The translations under genes and the position numbers were made by a program. The notes below the pieces were generated by a model that ran no database searches, was not told the DNA's origin, and was given only the letters and a program-made list of their open reading frames with translations. DNA of 64,000 nt from Candidatus Omnitrophota bacterium (GTDB lineage: Bacteria; Omnitrophota; Gorgyraeia; Zapsychrales; Zapsychraceae), in the NCBI GenBank assembly GCA_029261065.1, contig JAJDCB010000009.1, forward strand, positions 33,625-97,624. Direction: 5' to 3'. Below, piece by piece: positions 21,802 to 31,288 of the stretch (its first letter is position 1; the number at the start of each line of letters is the position of its first letter).

Positions 21802-22067
21802 TAAATTTCTTCCCTTTTTAAAAACACTTCCAATTCATCTAAAAGAGCCTGAGCATCGTCTCCCTCAACTTCTACTTTTAACTTCGAATCCTTCTGGGCC
21901 CCTAACGTTAAAATACCCATAATAGAGGCGCCATTAACTTTTTCTTCGCCTTTAAGAATGGTTACGTTTGAGTTATATTTTGTCACAATCTGAACAAACA
22001 TCGCAGCCGGACGCGCGTGAAGGCCTTGTTCGTTTTTAATCATTAATTCTTTTTCTAATTTGGGCAT
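21801..22067 (-). CDS. ptsH: Phosphocarrier protein HPr
   Basis: GLHARPA (His15) and ASIMG (Ser46 region). Confidence 0.93.
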   Translation of the reverse strand: MPKLEKELMIKNEQGLHARPAAMFVQIVTKYNSNVTILKGEEKVNGASIMGILTLGAQKDSKLKVEVEGDDAQALLDELEVFLKREEI

Positions 22068-22086
22068 AATACGTACTCAAAATCTT

Positions 22087-23328
22087 TTATCGTTTAATAA
22101 CGCGATACGTCTCTATTAATTTAATCAAAGCCCGATTTAATTTCGTGGAGTCATGTCTAACAAAGTTAGTTACACCTAAAAGATCCGTGGCAAACACCTT
22201 AAAGCCCATTTCTTTAACTTTTTCTGCATCCGCCTTAACAGGATAAGACCCCTCTTCCTTATATCGACCTAGAGCCTCTTCTGGCGGTTCGGCATTGTTC
22301 ATCAAGCACACATCAATAACATCATTATTAGAATGATCAACAATCGCCTTCACATGATCACTCGCTGAATAATCTCCAGACTCTCCATTTTGTGTCATTA
22401 CGTTACAAATATAAATCTTAAACGCTCTTGATTTAGCTATCGATTCACTCACACCCTTAATAATCAAATTAGGTATAACACTTGTATACAAACTTCCCGG
22501 ACCTAACACTATAATATCAGCTTCTTCAATGGCCGCTAACGCATCTGCTGTGGGAACAGCATCTTCATCTGTTAAACTAACTCTTTTAATTCTTAACTCG
22601 GGATTAGGGATCTTATCTTCCCCTTGAGTCTTTGAACCATCCATATATTCAGCAACCAAATGAAGATTCGTTACTGTCGATGGAACAACTTTTCCACGAA
22701 TAGCTAAAACATGACTCGTTTCTTTAACAGCGCGTTCAAAATCTCCGTCTGTCAGCTGTACCATAGCTGTTAAAAATAAATTCCCAAAATTGTGACCTTG
22801 CAGTTGAGAATCTTGTGAAAAACGAAATTGAAATAACTCACCCATTAAAGCCGGTGCATCAGCTAGAGCCACTAAACAATTACGGATATCACCAGGGGCA
22901 ACGATATTAAATTCTTCTCTTAAACGTCCAGAAGAGCCACCACTATCAGCGACCGTAACAATCGCTGTAATATTAGCGCTATATTCTTTTAAACCAAAAA
23001 TTAAATGAGAAAGACCTGTTCCCCCTCCAATAACAGCAATCTTAGGCCCCCGTTCTAGATATTGTTTTTGATACAGTATATTGACTAAATCGCGCTCTCC
23101 TCTTGGAAGAAGGAGTGTCATCAGCGAAACAATCATTTTCCCCACACTTAGAACTATTAAAATAGCTCCGCACAATATCCAGACGATCCCAATGACTTTC
23201 ACAAACCCAAAAGGTTTTGCCAAAAGGAATGCGCCAATTATAACAATAAATACACCGCAAATGGAAAACGTAACCCACCGTTTAATACCCATTCCACGGT
23301 ACAACCATCTAAAAGGATTTTTGGACAT
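22087..23328 (-). CDS. yvcK: YvcK/GlmR (UPF0052) family protein with N-terminal transmembrane segments
   Basis: IGGGTGLS, DSGGSSGRLR, PGDIRNC, HNFGNL and GPGSLYTS motifs; two hydrophobic helices at the N-terminus. Confidence 0.9.
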   Translation of the reverse strand: MSKNPFRWLYRGMGIKRWVTFSICGVFIVIIGAFLLAKPFGFVKVIGIVWILCGAILIVLSVGKMIVSLMTLLLPRGERDLVNILYQKQYLERGPKIAVIGGGTGLSHLIFGLKEYSANITAIVTVADSGGSSGRLREEFNIVAPGDIRNCLVALADAPALMGELFQFRFSQDSQLQGHNFGNLFLTAMVQLTDGDFERAVKETSHVLAIRGKVVPSTVTNLHLVAEYMDGSKTQGEDKIPNPELRIKRVSLTDEDAVPTADALAAIEEADIIVLGPGSLYTSVIPNLIIKGVSESIAKSRAFKIYICNVMTQNGESGDYSASDHVKAIVDHSNNDVIDVCLMNNAEPPEEALGRYKEEGSYPVKADAEKVKEMGFKVFATDLLGVTNFVRHDSTKLNRALIKLIETYRVIKR

Positions 23329-23330
23329 GA

Positions 23331-23807
23331 TTAAAGCTTAGACAATCGCACATCTTCTTGTTGTACGATCTTTAATATCATTTTTTCGTCCGTGACAGAC
23401 TTAAGACTATCTCTGATAAATTTATCTTTTAATAAACGAGATATTCTTGCTAATGCCTTTAGGTGAGGTCCTGCAGAATCAACAGGAGCAACGAGCAAGA
23501 AAAATATGTGGGCAGGCTCTCCATCGAGAGAATCAAAGTTAATTCCTTTTTTACTAACACCTAAGCACCCTATCAGCTTTTTAACACACTCACATTTACC
23601 ATGAGGAATAGCTATCCCCTGACCAATGGCTGTCGAACCTAACGCTTCTCGAGCCATTAGAGTTTCAACAATTTTCTTTTTATGTTTCTTATCAATTTCA
23701 CCGGAACTAATAAACAAATCTACCAATTCTGAAATAACATCTTCTTTTTTTGAACCTTTCAGATCAGCACTTATTGCTTTGGGACAAAGAAAATCAGTAG
23801 TCTTCAT
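23331..23807 (-). CDS. ptsN: PTS EIIA (Ntr/fructose-type) subunit
   Basis: RE..GSTAIGQGIAIPH, FDSLDG and HLKALA motifs. Confidence 0.85.
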   Translation of the reverse strand: MKTTDFLCPKAISADLKGSKKEDVISELVDLFISSGEIDKKHKKKIVETLMAREALGSTAIGQGIAIPHGKCECVKKLIGCLGVSKKGINFDSLDGEPAHIFFLLVAPVDSAGPHLKALARISRLLKDKFIRDSLKSVTDEKMILKIVQQEDVRLSKL

Positions 23808-23878
23808 CTAAATGTTTCCTCCTCGAAGTCTTACGATCATATCTTTATTCATAATAATTTCTATTAAATACTTAAAAA

Positions 23879-23952
23879 AGCGGCGGAAGGGATTTGAACC
23901 CTCGACATCCACCTTGGCAAGGTGGCATTCTAGCCAGCTGAATTACCGCCGC
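23879..23952 (-). tRNA. tRNA-Gly (GCC)
   Basis: Reverse complement GCGGCGG...CCACC-TT-GCC-AA-GGTGG...GGTTCAAATCC...CCGCCGCT folds as a cloverleaf. Confidence 0.95.
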
Positions 23953-24061
23953 AAATTATTAGTAGGTTGTAGTAAGTACGTTGTAGGTAGAGATCCGAAA
24001 CAAATTTACTTTTCTACTTACAACCTACATCCTACTTCTTACTTAATAATAATTCCTCAAG

Positions 24062-24143
24062 TGCCCCGCGAGGGACTTGAACCCCCACGGATTACTCCAC
24101 TAGTTCCTAAGACTAGCGCGTCTACCAATTCCGCCAGCGGGGC
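24062..24143 (-). tRNA. tRNA-Leu (TAG)
   Basis: GCCCCGC...GGCGGAATTGGTAGACGC, anticodon arm CTAGT-CT-TAG-GA-ACTAG, long variable arm, GGTTCAAGTCC. Confidence 0.95.
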
Positions 24144-24226
24144 AAGGCTTCGTAAAAATGCTTTCGCATTTAATAAGCTACTAACTTCGCTCTTCATAAA
24201 ATGAAGTACAAAGTTAGTGGCTCAAA

Positions 24227-24302
24227 TGGTGACCCACCTGCGACTTGAACGCAGCACACCAGCCTTAAAAGGGCTGTGCTCTACCGGATGAGCTAGTGGG
24301 TC
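24227..24302 (-). tRNA. tRNA-Lys (TTT)
   Basis: GACCCAC acceptor stem, anticodon arm CAGCC-CT-TTT-AA-GGCTG, GTTCAAG T-loop and encoded CCA. Confidence 0.93.
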
Positions 24303-24364
24303 AAAGACATACGCGAAAAAACGCGAAAAGATTAAGAAGGATTCGCGAAAATATGCGAGATGTT

Positions 24365-24928
24365 CTAATTAATATCTTTTAAGTTTTTGCTTTTTTCTTC
24401 TAAAAGAACGTCAATATCTTTGATAAATTTATCTGTCAACTTCTGTATCTCTTCATGCGCTTTAAAACTGTCATCTTCAGAAATAGTCTTACTCGTTTCC
24501 ATCTTTTTTACTTTGTCATTCGCTTCTTTACGCATCGTACGTAAAGAAATACGCCCCTTTTCAGCCATCTCTTTAACCAGCTTCGCTAATTCGTTTCTTC
24601 TCTCTTCAGATAAAGCAGGAATATTTAATCGAACAATCTTACCGTCATTCATCGGGGTAAGCCCTAAGCTTGATTGATTGATAGCTTTTTCAATTTCAGG
24701 AATAACCGTTGGATCCCAAGGCTGAATAACAATAGTACGGGCATCAGGAATACTAACGGCAGCGACTTCTTTAAACATTGTTGGAGTCCCATAATAATCG
24801 AGATGCAAACCTTCAATAAGACCTGGATGAGCGCGGCCTGTACGAACTTCATTAAATTCGCGTTTAGCCGAATCAATAGCTTTTTTCATTATACCTTCAG
24901 TTTCTTTTAAGATTTCTTTAACTGGCAT
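24365..24928 (-). CDS. frr: Ribosome recycling factor
   Basis: RTGRAHP, IQPWD, NDG.IVR..IPALSEERR motifs; follows pyrH. Confidence 0.97.
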   Translation of the reverse strand: MPVKEILKETEGIMKKAIDSAKREFNEVRTGRAHPGLIEGLHLDYYGTPTMFKEVAAVSIPDARTIVIQPWDPTVIPEIEKAINQSSLGLTPMNDGKIVRLNIPALSEERRNELAKLVKEMAEKGRISLRTMRKEANDKVKKMETSKTISEDDSFKAHEEIQKLTDKFIKDIDVLLEEKSKNLKDIN

Positions 24929-24973
24929 CTGACACCTTCTTGTTAGACGTTAGTAAAAATCTATAACAACAAT

Positions 24974-25693
24974 TTAGTGAACAACCGTACCTATCTTCTC
25001 ACCTAAAACTGCCTTTTTTATATTTCCTTTTTTAAGCAAATCAAAAACTACGATGGGTAAATTGTTATCCATACACATACTAATCGCCGTTGCATCCATA
25101 ACCCTTAAATCTTTTCTTAACACATCTATAAATTTTAATGATTCAAATCGCTTAGCACTCTTATCTTTCATCGGATCCGCTGTATAAACACCATCAACCT
25201 TTGTCGCCTTTAAAATAACATCCGCATCAATTTCTTTTGCTCTAAGGGCAGCTGCCGTATCTGTCGTAAAATAAGGATTTCCTGTACCAGCGACAAAAAT
25301 AATCACGCGACCTTTTTCTAAATGTCTTACAGCGCGACGTCGAATATAAGGCTCTGCAATAGCAGCCATGGAAATAGCCGTCATAACACGGGTTTGAACA
25401 TCACATCTTTCTAAAGCATTTTGAAGGGCCAATCCATTAAGAACAGTGGCTAGCATTCCCATGTAGTCAGCGACTGATCGATCAAGTCCAAAACGTTTAG
25501 ACTCCATTTGGCCGCGAAAAATATTTCCGCCTCCAACGACCAAGGCAATTTTGACACCTAAATCGCGAACTTCTTTTATTTGTTCGGCCAAGGAGATGCA
25601 CATCTCAACATCGATACCATGCTCTCCTTTACCTAGCAAAGCCTCACCACTAAGCTTTAAAAGAATTTTTTTATAGATTGGTTTTTTACTCAA
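24974..25693 (-). CDS. pyrH: UMP kinase
   Basis: [25 protein letters not shown] and GNPYFTTD motifs. Confidence 0.97.
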   Translation of the reverse strand: MSKKPIYKKILLKLSGEALLGKGEHGIDVEMCISLAEQIKEVRDLGVKIALVVGGGNIFRGQMESKRFGLDRSVADYMGMLATVLNGLALQNALERCDVQTRVMTAISMAAIAEPYIRRRAVRHLEKGRVIIFVAGTGNPYFTTDTAAALRAKEIDADVILKATKVDGVYTADPMKDKSAKRFESLKFIDVLRKDLRVMDATAISMCMDNNLPIVVFDLLKKGNIKKAVLGEKIGTVVH

Positions 25694-26216
25694 CTTCGTT
25701 GACCTTGTAGCGTTTAAAACGGCTTACAAAAATGTTTTCACCAATACTTGCTATACTTTCATTAATTAAATCTTGAATTGTTTTTTTAGAATCTTTAACA
25801 AACGATTGTTCTGAAAGACAATTCTCTTTGATATATTCTTCTTTATTATCTTGCGAATTTAAAACGTCTTCTGGAATATCATCTTTTTTTAAAAAAAGAG
25901 GATTAACAGCAGCTATGTGCATCGCCAAATCTTTAGCCAACCGACCAAAATCTTCATTAGAAGCCACGAAATCTGTTTCACAATTGACCTCAACAAGAAC
26001 ACCAATTTTTGAACCCTGATGAATATAGGCCTCAATGCGCCCTTCTTTGGCTTCACGGCTTCCTTTTTTGGCTGCAATCTCTAAACCTCTTAAGCGCAAA
26101 AATTCTTTCGCTTTCTTAACATCTCCACTAGATTCTTCCAAGGCATTCTTGCATTCCATAACGCCGCATGATGTTTGTTCTCTTAATGTTTTAATATCTT
26201 CAGCTGAAATCGCCAT
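25686..26216 (-). CDS. tsf: Elongation factor Ts (short form)
   Basis: [24 protein letters not shown] and GENI motifs; AAAGGA Shine-Dalgarno lies just upstream of the ATG at 26216. Confidence 0.95.
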   Translation of the reverse strand: MAISAEDIKTLREQTSCGVMECKNALEESSGDVKKAKEFLRLRGLEIAAKKGSREAKEGRIEAYIHQGSKIGVLVEVNCETDFVASNEDFGRLAKDLAMHIAAVNPLFLKKDDIPEDVLNSQDNKEEYIKENCLSEQSFVKDSKKTIQDLINESIASIGENIFVSRFKRYKVNEVE

Positions 26217-26275
26217 AACGTATCCTTTCACCTAATTTATTTGATTAAAATGATTCGAAGAAACTTATCAAAGTT

Positions 26276-27070
26276 TTATTCCGCGGCTGGCACTTCTTTT
26301 TCTTGCGGTTTTTCTTCTTTTTTCTCATCCTTTGGAACAACAACTTGTTGTTCTTCACTCTTCTTTCTTATCGTTTCACTTTCTGTGAATTCTTTCACGC
26401 CTTCAAGTATACTTTCAACAACAAGAGATGTTATAAATCGAATGGACTTTAAAGCATCGTCATTTCCTGGAATAGGATAATCAATAACATCTGGATTACA
26501 ATTCGTATCAACAATACCAACAACAGGAATGTGTAGCTTAATCGCCTCTTTAATAGCTATATCTTCCTTCTTAGGATCAACAACGAATAAGATACTTGGT
26601 AATTTTTTCATCTCACGAATACCGCCTAAATCGCGAAGAAGTTTATCCCGTTCTTTCGTTAACCTTGCAATCTCTTTCTTTTTTAAATTTTCCCAAACGC
26701 CGTTTTCACTCATTTTTTCAATTTCGTTTAAACGACTAATAGATTTCTTAACTGTTTGAAAATTTGTTAGAAGCCCGCCTAACCAGCGATTTTTAATGTA
26801 AAACATTTTTGCTTTGTTGGCTTCTTCTTCAACAATCAATTGGGCTTGTTTTTTAGTACCAACAAAAAGGACGTCCCCGCCTTTGGCAGCAACGTCTTTA
26901 ACATATTCTCTTGCAGTATTTAAACAAGCAACAGTCTTCTCTAAATCTATGATATAAATCCCAGCGCGTTGTCCAAAAATAAACTTCTTCATCTTCGGGT
27001 TCCAACGCTGAGTTTGATGTCCAAAATGAACACCTGATTCTAACAACTTCTTAATTAATTCGTCAACCAT
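26276..27070 (-). CDS. rpsB: 30S ribosomal protein S2
   Basis: [36 protein letters not shown] and PGNDDA motifs. Confidence 0.98.
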   Translation of the reverse strand: MVDELIKKLLESGVHFGHQTQRWNPKMKKFIFGQRAGIYIIDLEKTVACLNTAREYVKDVAAKGGDVLFVGTKKQAQLIVEEEANKAKMFYIKNRWLGGLLTNFQTVKKSISRLNEIEKMSENGVWENLKKKEIARLTKERDKLLRDLGGIREMKKLPSILFVVDPKKEDIAIKEAIKLHIPVVGIVDTNCNPDVIDYPIPGNDDALKSIRFITSLVVESILEGVKEFTESETIRKKSEEQQVVVPKDEKKEEKPQEKEVPAAE

Positions 27071-27217
27071 CGCTCTAACTCCTTATGTAACTTTGTTTCA
27101 ATTCTATTCTTTATTTGAGCTTAGGGCAGCAAAAAACCGAATAGAATTGTTATTAATAATTAATTTTTTAATATTGAAAATCTTTCAACAGCATATTCCC
27201 CATCGAAAGATCGAGAT

Positions 27218-27246
27218 AGTATAGCCAATAATTGTTTTATTTGCAA
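27218..27246 (-). promoter_or_regulatory. Sigma70-type promoter of rpsB-tsf-pyrH-frr
   Basis: Minus strand reads TTGCAA-N17-TATACT, about 150 nt upstream of rpsB. Confidence 0.7.
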
Positions 27247-27287
27247 CCATTTATTTACCTAGAAACAAAGCGTATATCAGCCACCCA

Positions 27288-29081
27288 TTAAGCCTGAAAC
27301 TGCATGCTATGCAACCTGTTATACAAAGGGCAACTCTCAAGAAGCTCATCATGGGTCCCAATCCCCACAACCTGACCTTTCTCTAAAACAACGATTTTAT
27401 TGGCTTTTTTGATAGTAGATAATCGATGCGCGATCGCCACAACAGTCCGTCCCTGCATGAGTTTATCAAGGGCCTCTTGAACAAACTTTTCTGATTCTGA
27501 ATCAAGTTGAGAGGTTGCTTCATCCAAGATGAGAATCGGAGGATTCTTTAGAATCGCACGCGCGATAGACAAACGCTGTTTCTCTCCACCTGATAATCGA
27601 AACCCACGATCACCGATCACAGTATCATACCCATCAGGCATATCCTTAATAAAACGATGGGCAAAGGCCTTCAAAGCGGCTTGCTCCACTTCGGCCAAAG
27701 GAATCTCAGGGTGCCCATAGGCAATATTGCCGCGAACAGTGTCGTTAAATAAAATAGATTCTTGGGTGACAATTCCAAATTGCTTACGAAGAGAATTGAA
27801 AGAGACTTCTTTCAAATCGACACCATCCATGATGACTGAGCCTTGTGTGGGATCATAAAAGCGTGGAATGAGATTAACCAAGGTCGTTTTACCTGTTCCC
27901 GTTGGCCCCACAATAGCAACAAGTTCTCCCTTATTGATTTCAAGATCAATACCGCGAAGAACTTCCTCAGCATCCTCAGCATATTTAAAGTGAACATCCT
28001 TTAAGCACAAACCTTCTTGCATCTCGGGAATATCCCTAGCCCCTTCCTTTTCTAAAACTGTAATCTCTGCATCTAAAATTTCATAAATTCGTTCGTTAGC
28101 CGCAATAGCCTGTTGTAACAAAGCATTAACATTTCCTAATTTTTTGATCGGACTAATAAGCATCATAAAAGAAGCAATAAGAGTGATCAAAACCCCCGCG
28201 CTCATCGTCTCATCCATAACTTTATTTCCCAACCACATAAATATCCCCATCGCACAACATAGGCCCACCACCTCTGTAATGGGTGAAATCAACAACAGCC
28301 GTCGGACAGCCTTCATTTTTAGTTTATACAATGTATAATTTTCTTTCTTAAAACGGTTCACTTCATACTTCTCTGTGTTAAAGGCTTTGACTACTTTTAT
28401 TCCAGAAACCGTTTCCATAATATGTGAAGTAATATCGGCCATTTTTTCTTGCGTGAAAATAGAAATCTTTTTTAACTTCTTGCCAATTTGCGAAATGGGA
28501 ATACCAATAAAAGGAAACACTATCAATAAAATAATTGATCCTTCGGTGTAGATATTTAAAGCTATTCCTAAATAAATTAAAATCATCATTGGCTGACGAA
28601 ACAAATCGATAACAGCGTAGGAAACAGCATTTTCTATAATATTGGCATCAAACGTAATTCTTGAAACAATCTCTCCTGTTCGTTTTTTACTAAAATAGTC
28701 AATGGAAAGATGTTGAATCTTGTGGTAAAGGTTATCTCTTATATCTCGCATAACATTTTGAGAAATTTGCGACATAAAATATGAGTACCAATAAACAAAA
28801 AACTGCTTGCTTATGATAACAATGACCGCGGCGATAGGAAAATATTTGAATATTATTTTGTTGTCCATATCATTAATTTTTCCAATAAAATCAGCGACAA
28901 ACTGAGGTAACTCATTGGGAATGATAATCGGTTTATCGCTAAAAATGCGATCAATCATGGCGGGAATCATGGGAAGCTGAAAAGCCTCGAAAAAAGAGGC
29001 AAGAATCATAAAGATCACAGCGCCAACAAAATAGCGCTCATAACCCTTAACGAATTTTAACATTTTAAGGTATTCTTTCAT
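27288..29081 (-). CDS. msbA: Lipid A flippase-like ABC transporter (MsbA family)
   Basis: TM domain plus GPTGTGKT, LSGGEKQR, ILDEATS and IAHRLST; divergent from lpxB. Confidence 0.8.
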   Translation of the reverse strand: MKEYLKMLKFVKGYERYFVGAVIFMILASFFEAFQLPMIPAMIDRIFSDKPIIIPNELPQFVADFIGKINDMDNKIIFKYFPIAAVIVIISKQFFVYWYSYFMSQISQNVMRDIRDNLYHKIQHLSIDYFSKKRTGEIVSRITFDANIIENAVSYAVIDLFRQPMMILIYLGIALNIYTEGSIILLIVFPFIGIPISQIGKKLKKISIFTQEKMADITSHIMETVSGIKVVKAFNTEKYEVNRFKKENYTLYKLKMKAVRRLLLISPITEVVGLCCAMGIFMWLGNKVMDETMSAGVLITLIASFMMLISPIKKLGNVNALLQQAIAANERIYEILDAEITVLEKEGARDIPEMQEGLCLKDVHFKYAEDAEEVLRGIDLEINKGELVAIVGPTGTGKTTLVNLIPRFYDPTQGSVIMDGVDLKEVSFNSLRKQFGIVTQESILFNDTVRGNIAYGHPEIPLAEVEQAALKAFAHRFIKDMPDGYDTVIGDRGFRLSGGEKQRLSIARAILKNPPILILDEATSQLDSESEKFVQEALDKLMQGRTVVAIAHRLSTIKKANKIVVLEKGQVVGIGTHDELLESCPLYNRLHSMQFQA

Positions 29082-29091
29082 AATAGCGGCT

Positions 29092-29135
29092 AATTTACCA
29101 TACCCATTGACTTTTGTCGAGGTATTTGTTAGGTT
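29092..29135. promoter_or_regulatory. Overlapping divergent sigma70-like promoters (msbA and gnnA-like-lpxB)
   Basis: Plus strand: TTGACT(29107)-N17-TAGGTT preceded by TGn. Minus strand: TCGACA(29120)-N17-TAAATT preceded by TGG. Confidence 0.5.
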
Positions 29136-29221
29136 AGAGGCTTACGTTTCTAAACGTTTTTCACTTGAATTCCAATTTCTTTTAATCTGTAAACGATTGC
29201 TAATCAACAATTTATAAAACC

Positions 29222-30157
29222 ATGCCTCAAAAAATAAAACTAGCCTTGATCGGTATCGGACACCTAGGAGCCATCCACCTTAAAGTCCTTCAGGAATTGC
29301 TGGATCACGTGGAAATCGTGGCCATTTGCGACATTAAGGAAGAACGCACCCAGCGTTTGGCTAGCCACTACAATGTGCCTGTTGTTGATCATTACACAAA
29401 ACTTCTAGGAAACGTTGATGCTGTTGATATTTGCGTACCTACGGAAAACCATTTTGAAGTGGCTGAATTCTTCTTAAAAAATAACGTTCACACCTTTGTT
29501 GAAAAACCTATTTCAAAAACACTTAAAGAAGCCGATGAATTGATTGCCTTGTCTGAGAAAAATAATGTCAAACTACAAGTAGGCCATGTCGAACGTTTTA
29601 ATGCTGCCTTTGAATCCATCAAACATTTTACGCATAACCCGATGTTTATCGAATGTCATCGGCTTAACAACTTCCCTAATAGATCTTTAGATGTTGGCGT
29701 TGTCATGGATTTGATGATTCATGATATCGATATCGTTTTAGGTATTATCAAATCCCCCATTGCAGATATTCAAGCGGTGGGTGTTAACGTTTTAACGCCC
29801 TTAGAGGATATTGCAAGCATTCGCTTAACTTTTGAAAATGGCTGTGTGTGCAATTTAACAGCCAGTCGTATTTCTGAAGAGGTGATGCGGAAAATTCGAA
29901 TCTTTCAAAATGATATGTACATCTCTCTCGATTATGTTAAACAAGAAGCTTTTATTTATAAAAAACATGGAACTCAAATTTCCAAACACAGCCTGCCCAT
30001 TGAAAAAGAACAACCCTTAAAAAAAGAATTAAATCATTTTCTAGAGTGCATAACACTTAATCAAAACCCAATCGTTTCCGGCCGTGAAGGTCGAGAGGCT
30101 TTAGATGTTGCTTTACGCATAAGCGATCTTATATGGAGCAAGAAAAACAAATCATAA
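29222..30157 (+). CDS. Gfo/Idh/MocA oxidoreductase, GnnA-like (UDP-GlcNAc 3-dehydrogenase candidate)
   Basis: IGIGHLG, VEKP, QVGHVERFNAA, DVGVVMDLMIHDID and LTASR motifs; overlaps lpxB. Confidence 0.8.
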   Translation: MPQKIKLALIGIGHLGAIHLKVLQELLDHVEIVAICDIKEERTQRLASHYNVPVVDHYTKLLGNVDAVDICVPTENHFEVAEFFLKNNVHTFVEKPISKTLKEADELIALSEKNNVKLQVGHVERFNAAFESIKHFTHNPMFIECHRLNNFPNRSLDVGVVMDLMIHDIDIVLGIIKSPIADIQAVGVNVLTPLEDIASIRLTFENGCVCNLTASRISEEVMRKIRIFQNDMYISLDYVKQEAFIYKKHGTQISKHSLPIEKEQPLKKELNHFLECITLNQNPIVSGREGREALDVALRISDLIWSKKNKS

Positions 30158-31284
30158 TTGTCGCCGGAGAAGCATCTGGTGATATGCACGCAGCTCATCT
30201 CGTTGAGAAGATTAAAACACTTGATCCTCAAATAAAAATTGCTGGGTTCGGCGGACCTCAACTGCAAGCAAAAGGCGTGGAAATTTATCAGGATCTCACC
30301 AAAATTGCTGTCGTTGGTTTCTTTGAAGTCCTTAAACACTATCCCCTTTTTAAAAAAGCGTTTAATCTTATCCTTAAAAAAATAAAGACAACAAAACCTA
30401 GTGCCGTTATTCTCGTTGATTATCCAGGGTTTAATTTACGGCTAGCCAAAGAAATAAGAAAGATCAAAGGCTTAAACACTAAAATTATCTATTACATAAG
30501 CCCTCAAGTTTGGGCGTGGAAACAAAAACGTGTGGCGGACATCAAAAAATATGTTGATGAGATGCTTGTGCTTTTTGAATTTGAGAAAACTTTTTATAAA
30601 CGTTTTAATGTTAATGCAACCTTTGTCGGCCACCCTTTACTTGAACTGATGGATGTGAATCTAAAAAAGGAAGAATATTTAAAAACAACGAAATTACAAG
30701 AATACAAATTAACGATTGGACTCCTTCCTGGTTCTCGAAAAAAGGAAGTGGAACGCCATCTTCCTATAATGTTAGAGACAATAGAGGTTCTTAACAAAGA
30801 ATTTCCTATGCTTCAATTTCTCATCATCCAAGCCCCTACAATTGAGACAGAATTCATTGAATCTCTTCTCCCCCAAAATACACGACACCTAGCGCTAGTT
30901 CCTCAATCTTATAATGCCATCAATGCTTGTGATCTTTGCATGGTTGCCTCTGGGACGGCAACGCTTGAGGTTGCGATATTGGGAAAACCCATGGTGGTTA
31001 TTTATAAAACATCCCTATTAACCTTTGCACTTGCCAAATGGCTTATTAAGATTCCCTACATAGCCATGGTTAATGTCATCGCCGAGCGTAAAATTGTACC
31101 AGAATGTGTTCAACATCAAGCGAGACCTTCAGTCATTGCAAAAGAACTTAAAGCCATTTTCACAGATGAGATAAAAATTGCGGAAATCAAATCTGATTTG
31201 GGTGAGGTAAAAAAATCTTTGGGAGATGGTGGGGCAAGCGAGCGTGCCGCTCGCGCTATACTTAAAACAATTTCAACAACTTAA
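30133..31284 (+). CDS. lpxB: Lipid-A-disaccharide synthase
   Basis: VAGEASGD, DYPGFN, SPQVWAW, FVGHP, LLPGSR and SGTATLE motifs. Confidence 0.96.
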   Translation: MEQEKQIIIVAGEASGDMHAAHLVEKIKTLDPQIKIAGFGGPQLQAKGVEIYQDLTKIAVVGFFEVLKHYPLFKKAFNLILKKIKTTKPSAVILVDYPGFNLRLAKEIRKIKGLNTKIIYYISPQVWAWKQKRVADIKKYVDEMLVLFEFEKTFYKRFNVNATFVGHPLLELMDVNLKKEEYLKTTKLQEYKLTIGLLPGSRKKEVERHLPIMLETIEVLNKEFPMLQFLIIQAPTIETEFIESLLPQNTRHLALVPQSYNAINACDLCMVASGTATLEVAILGKPMVVIYKTSLLTFALAKWLIKIPYIAMVNVIAERKIVPECVQHQARPSVIAKELKAIFTDEIKIAEIKSDLGEVKKSLGDGGASERAARAILKTISTT

Positions 31285-31288
31285 AAAT

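Noticed and set aside
23812-24204. 130-aa plus-strand ORF
   Set aside because: Antisense to tRNA-Gly and tRNA-Leu; a typical spurious translation.
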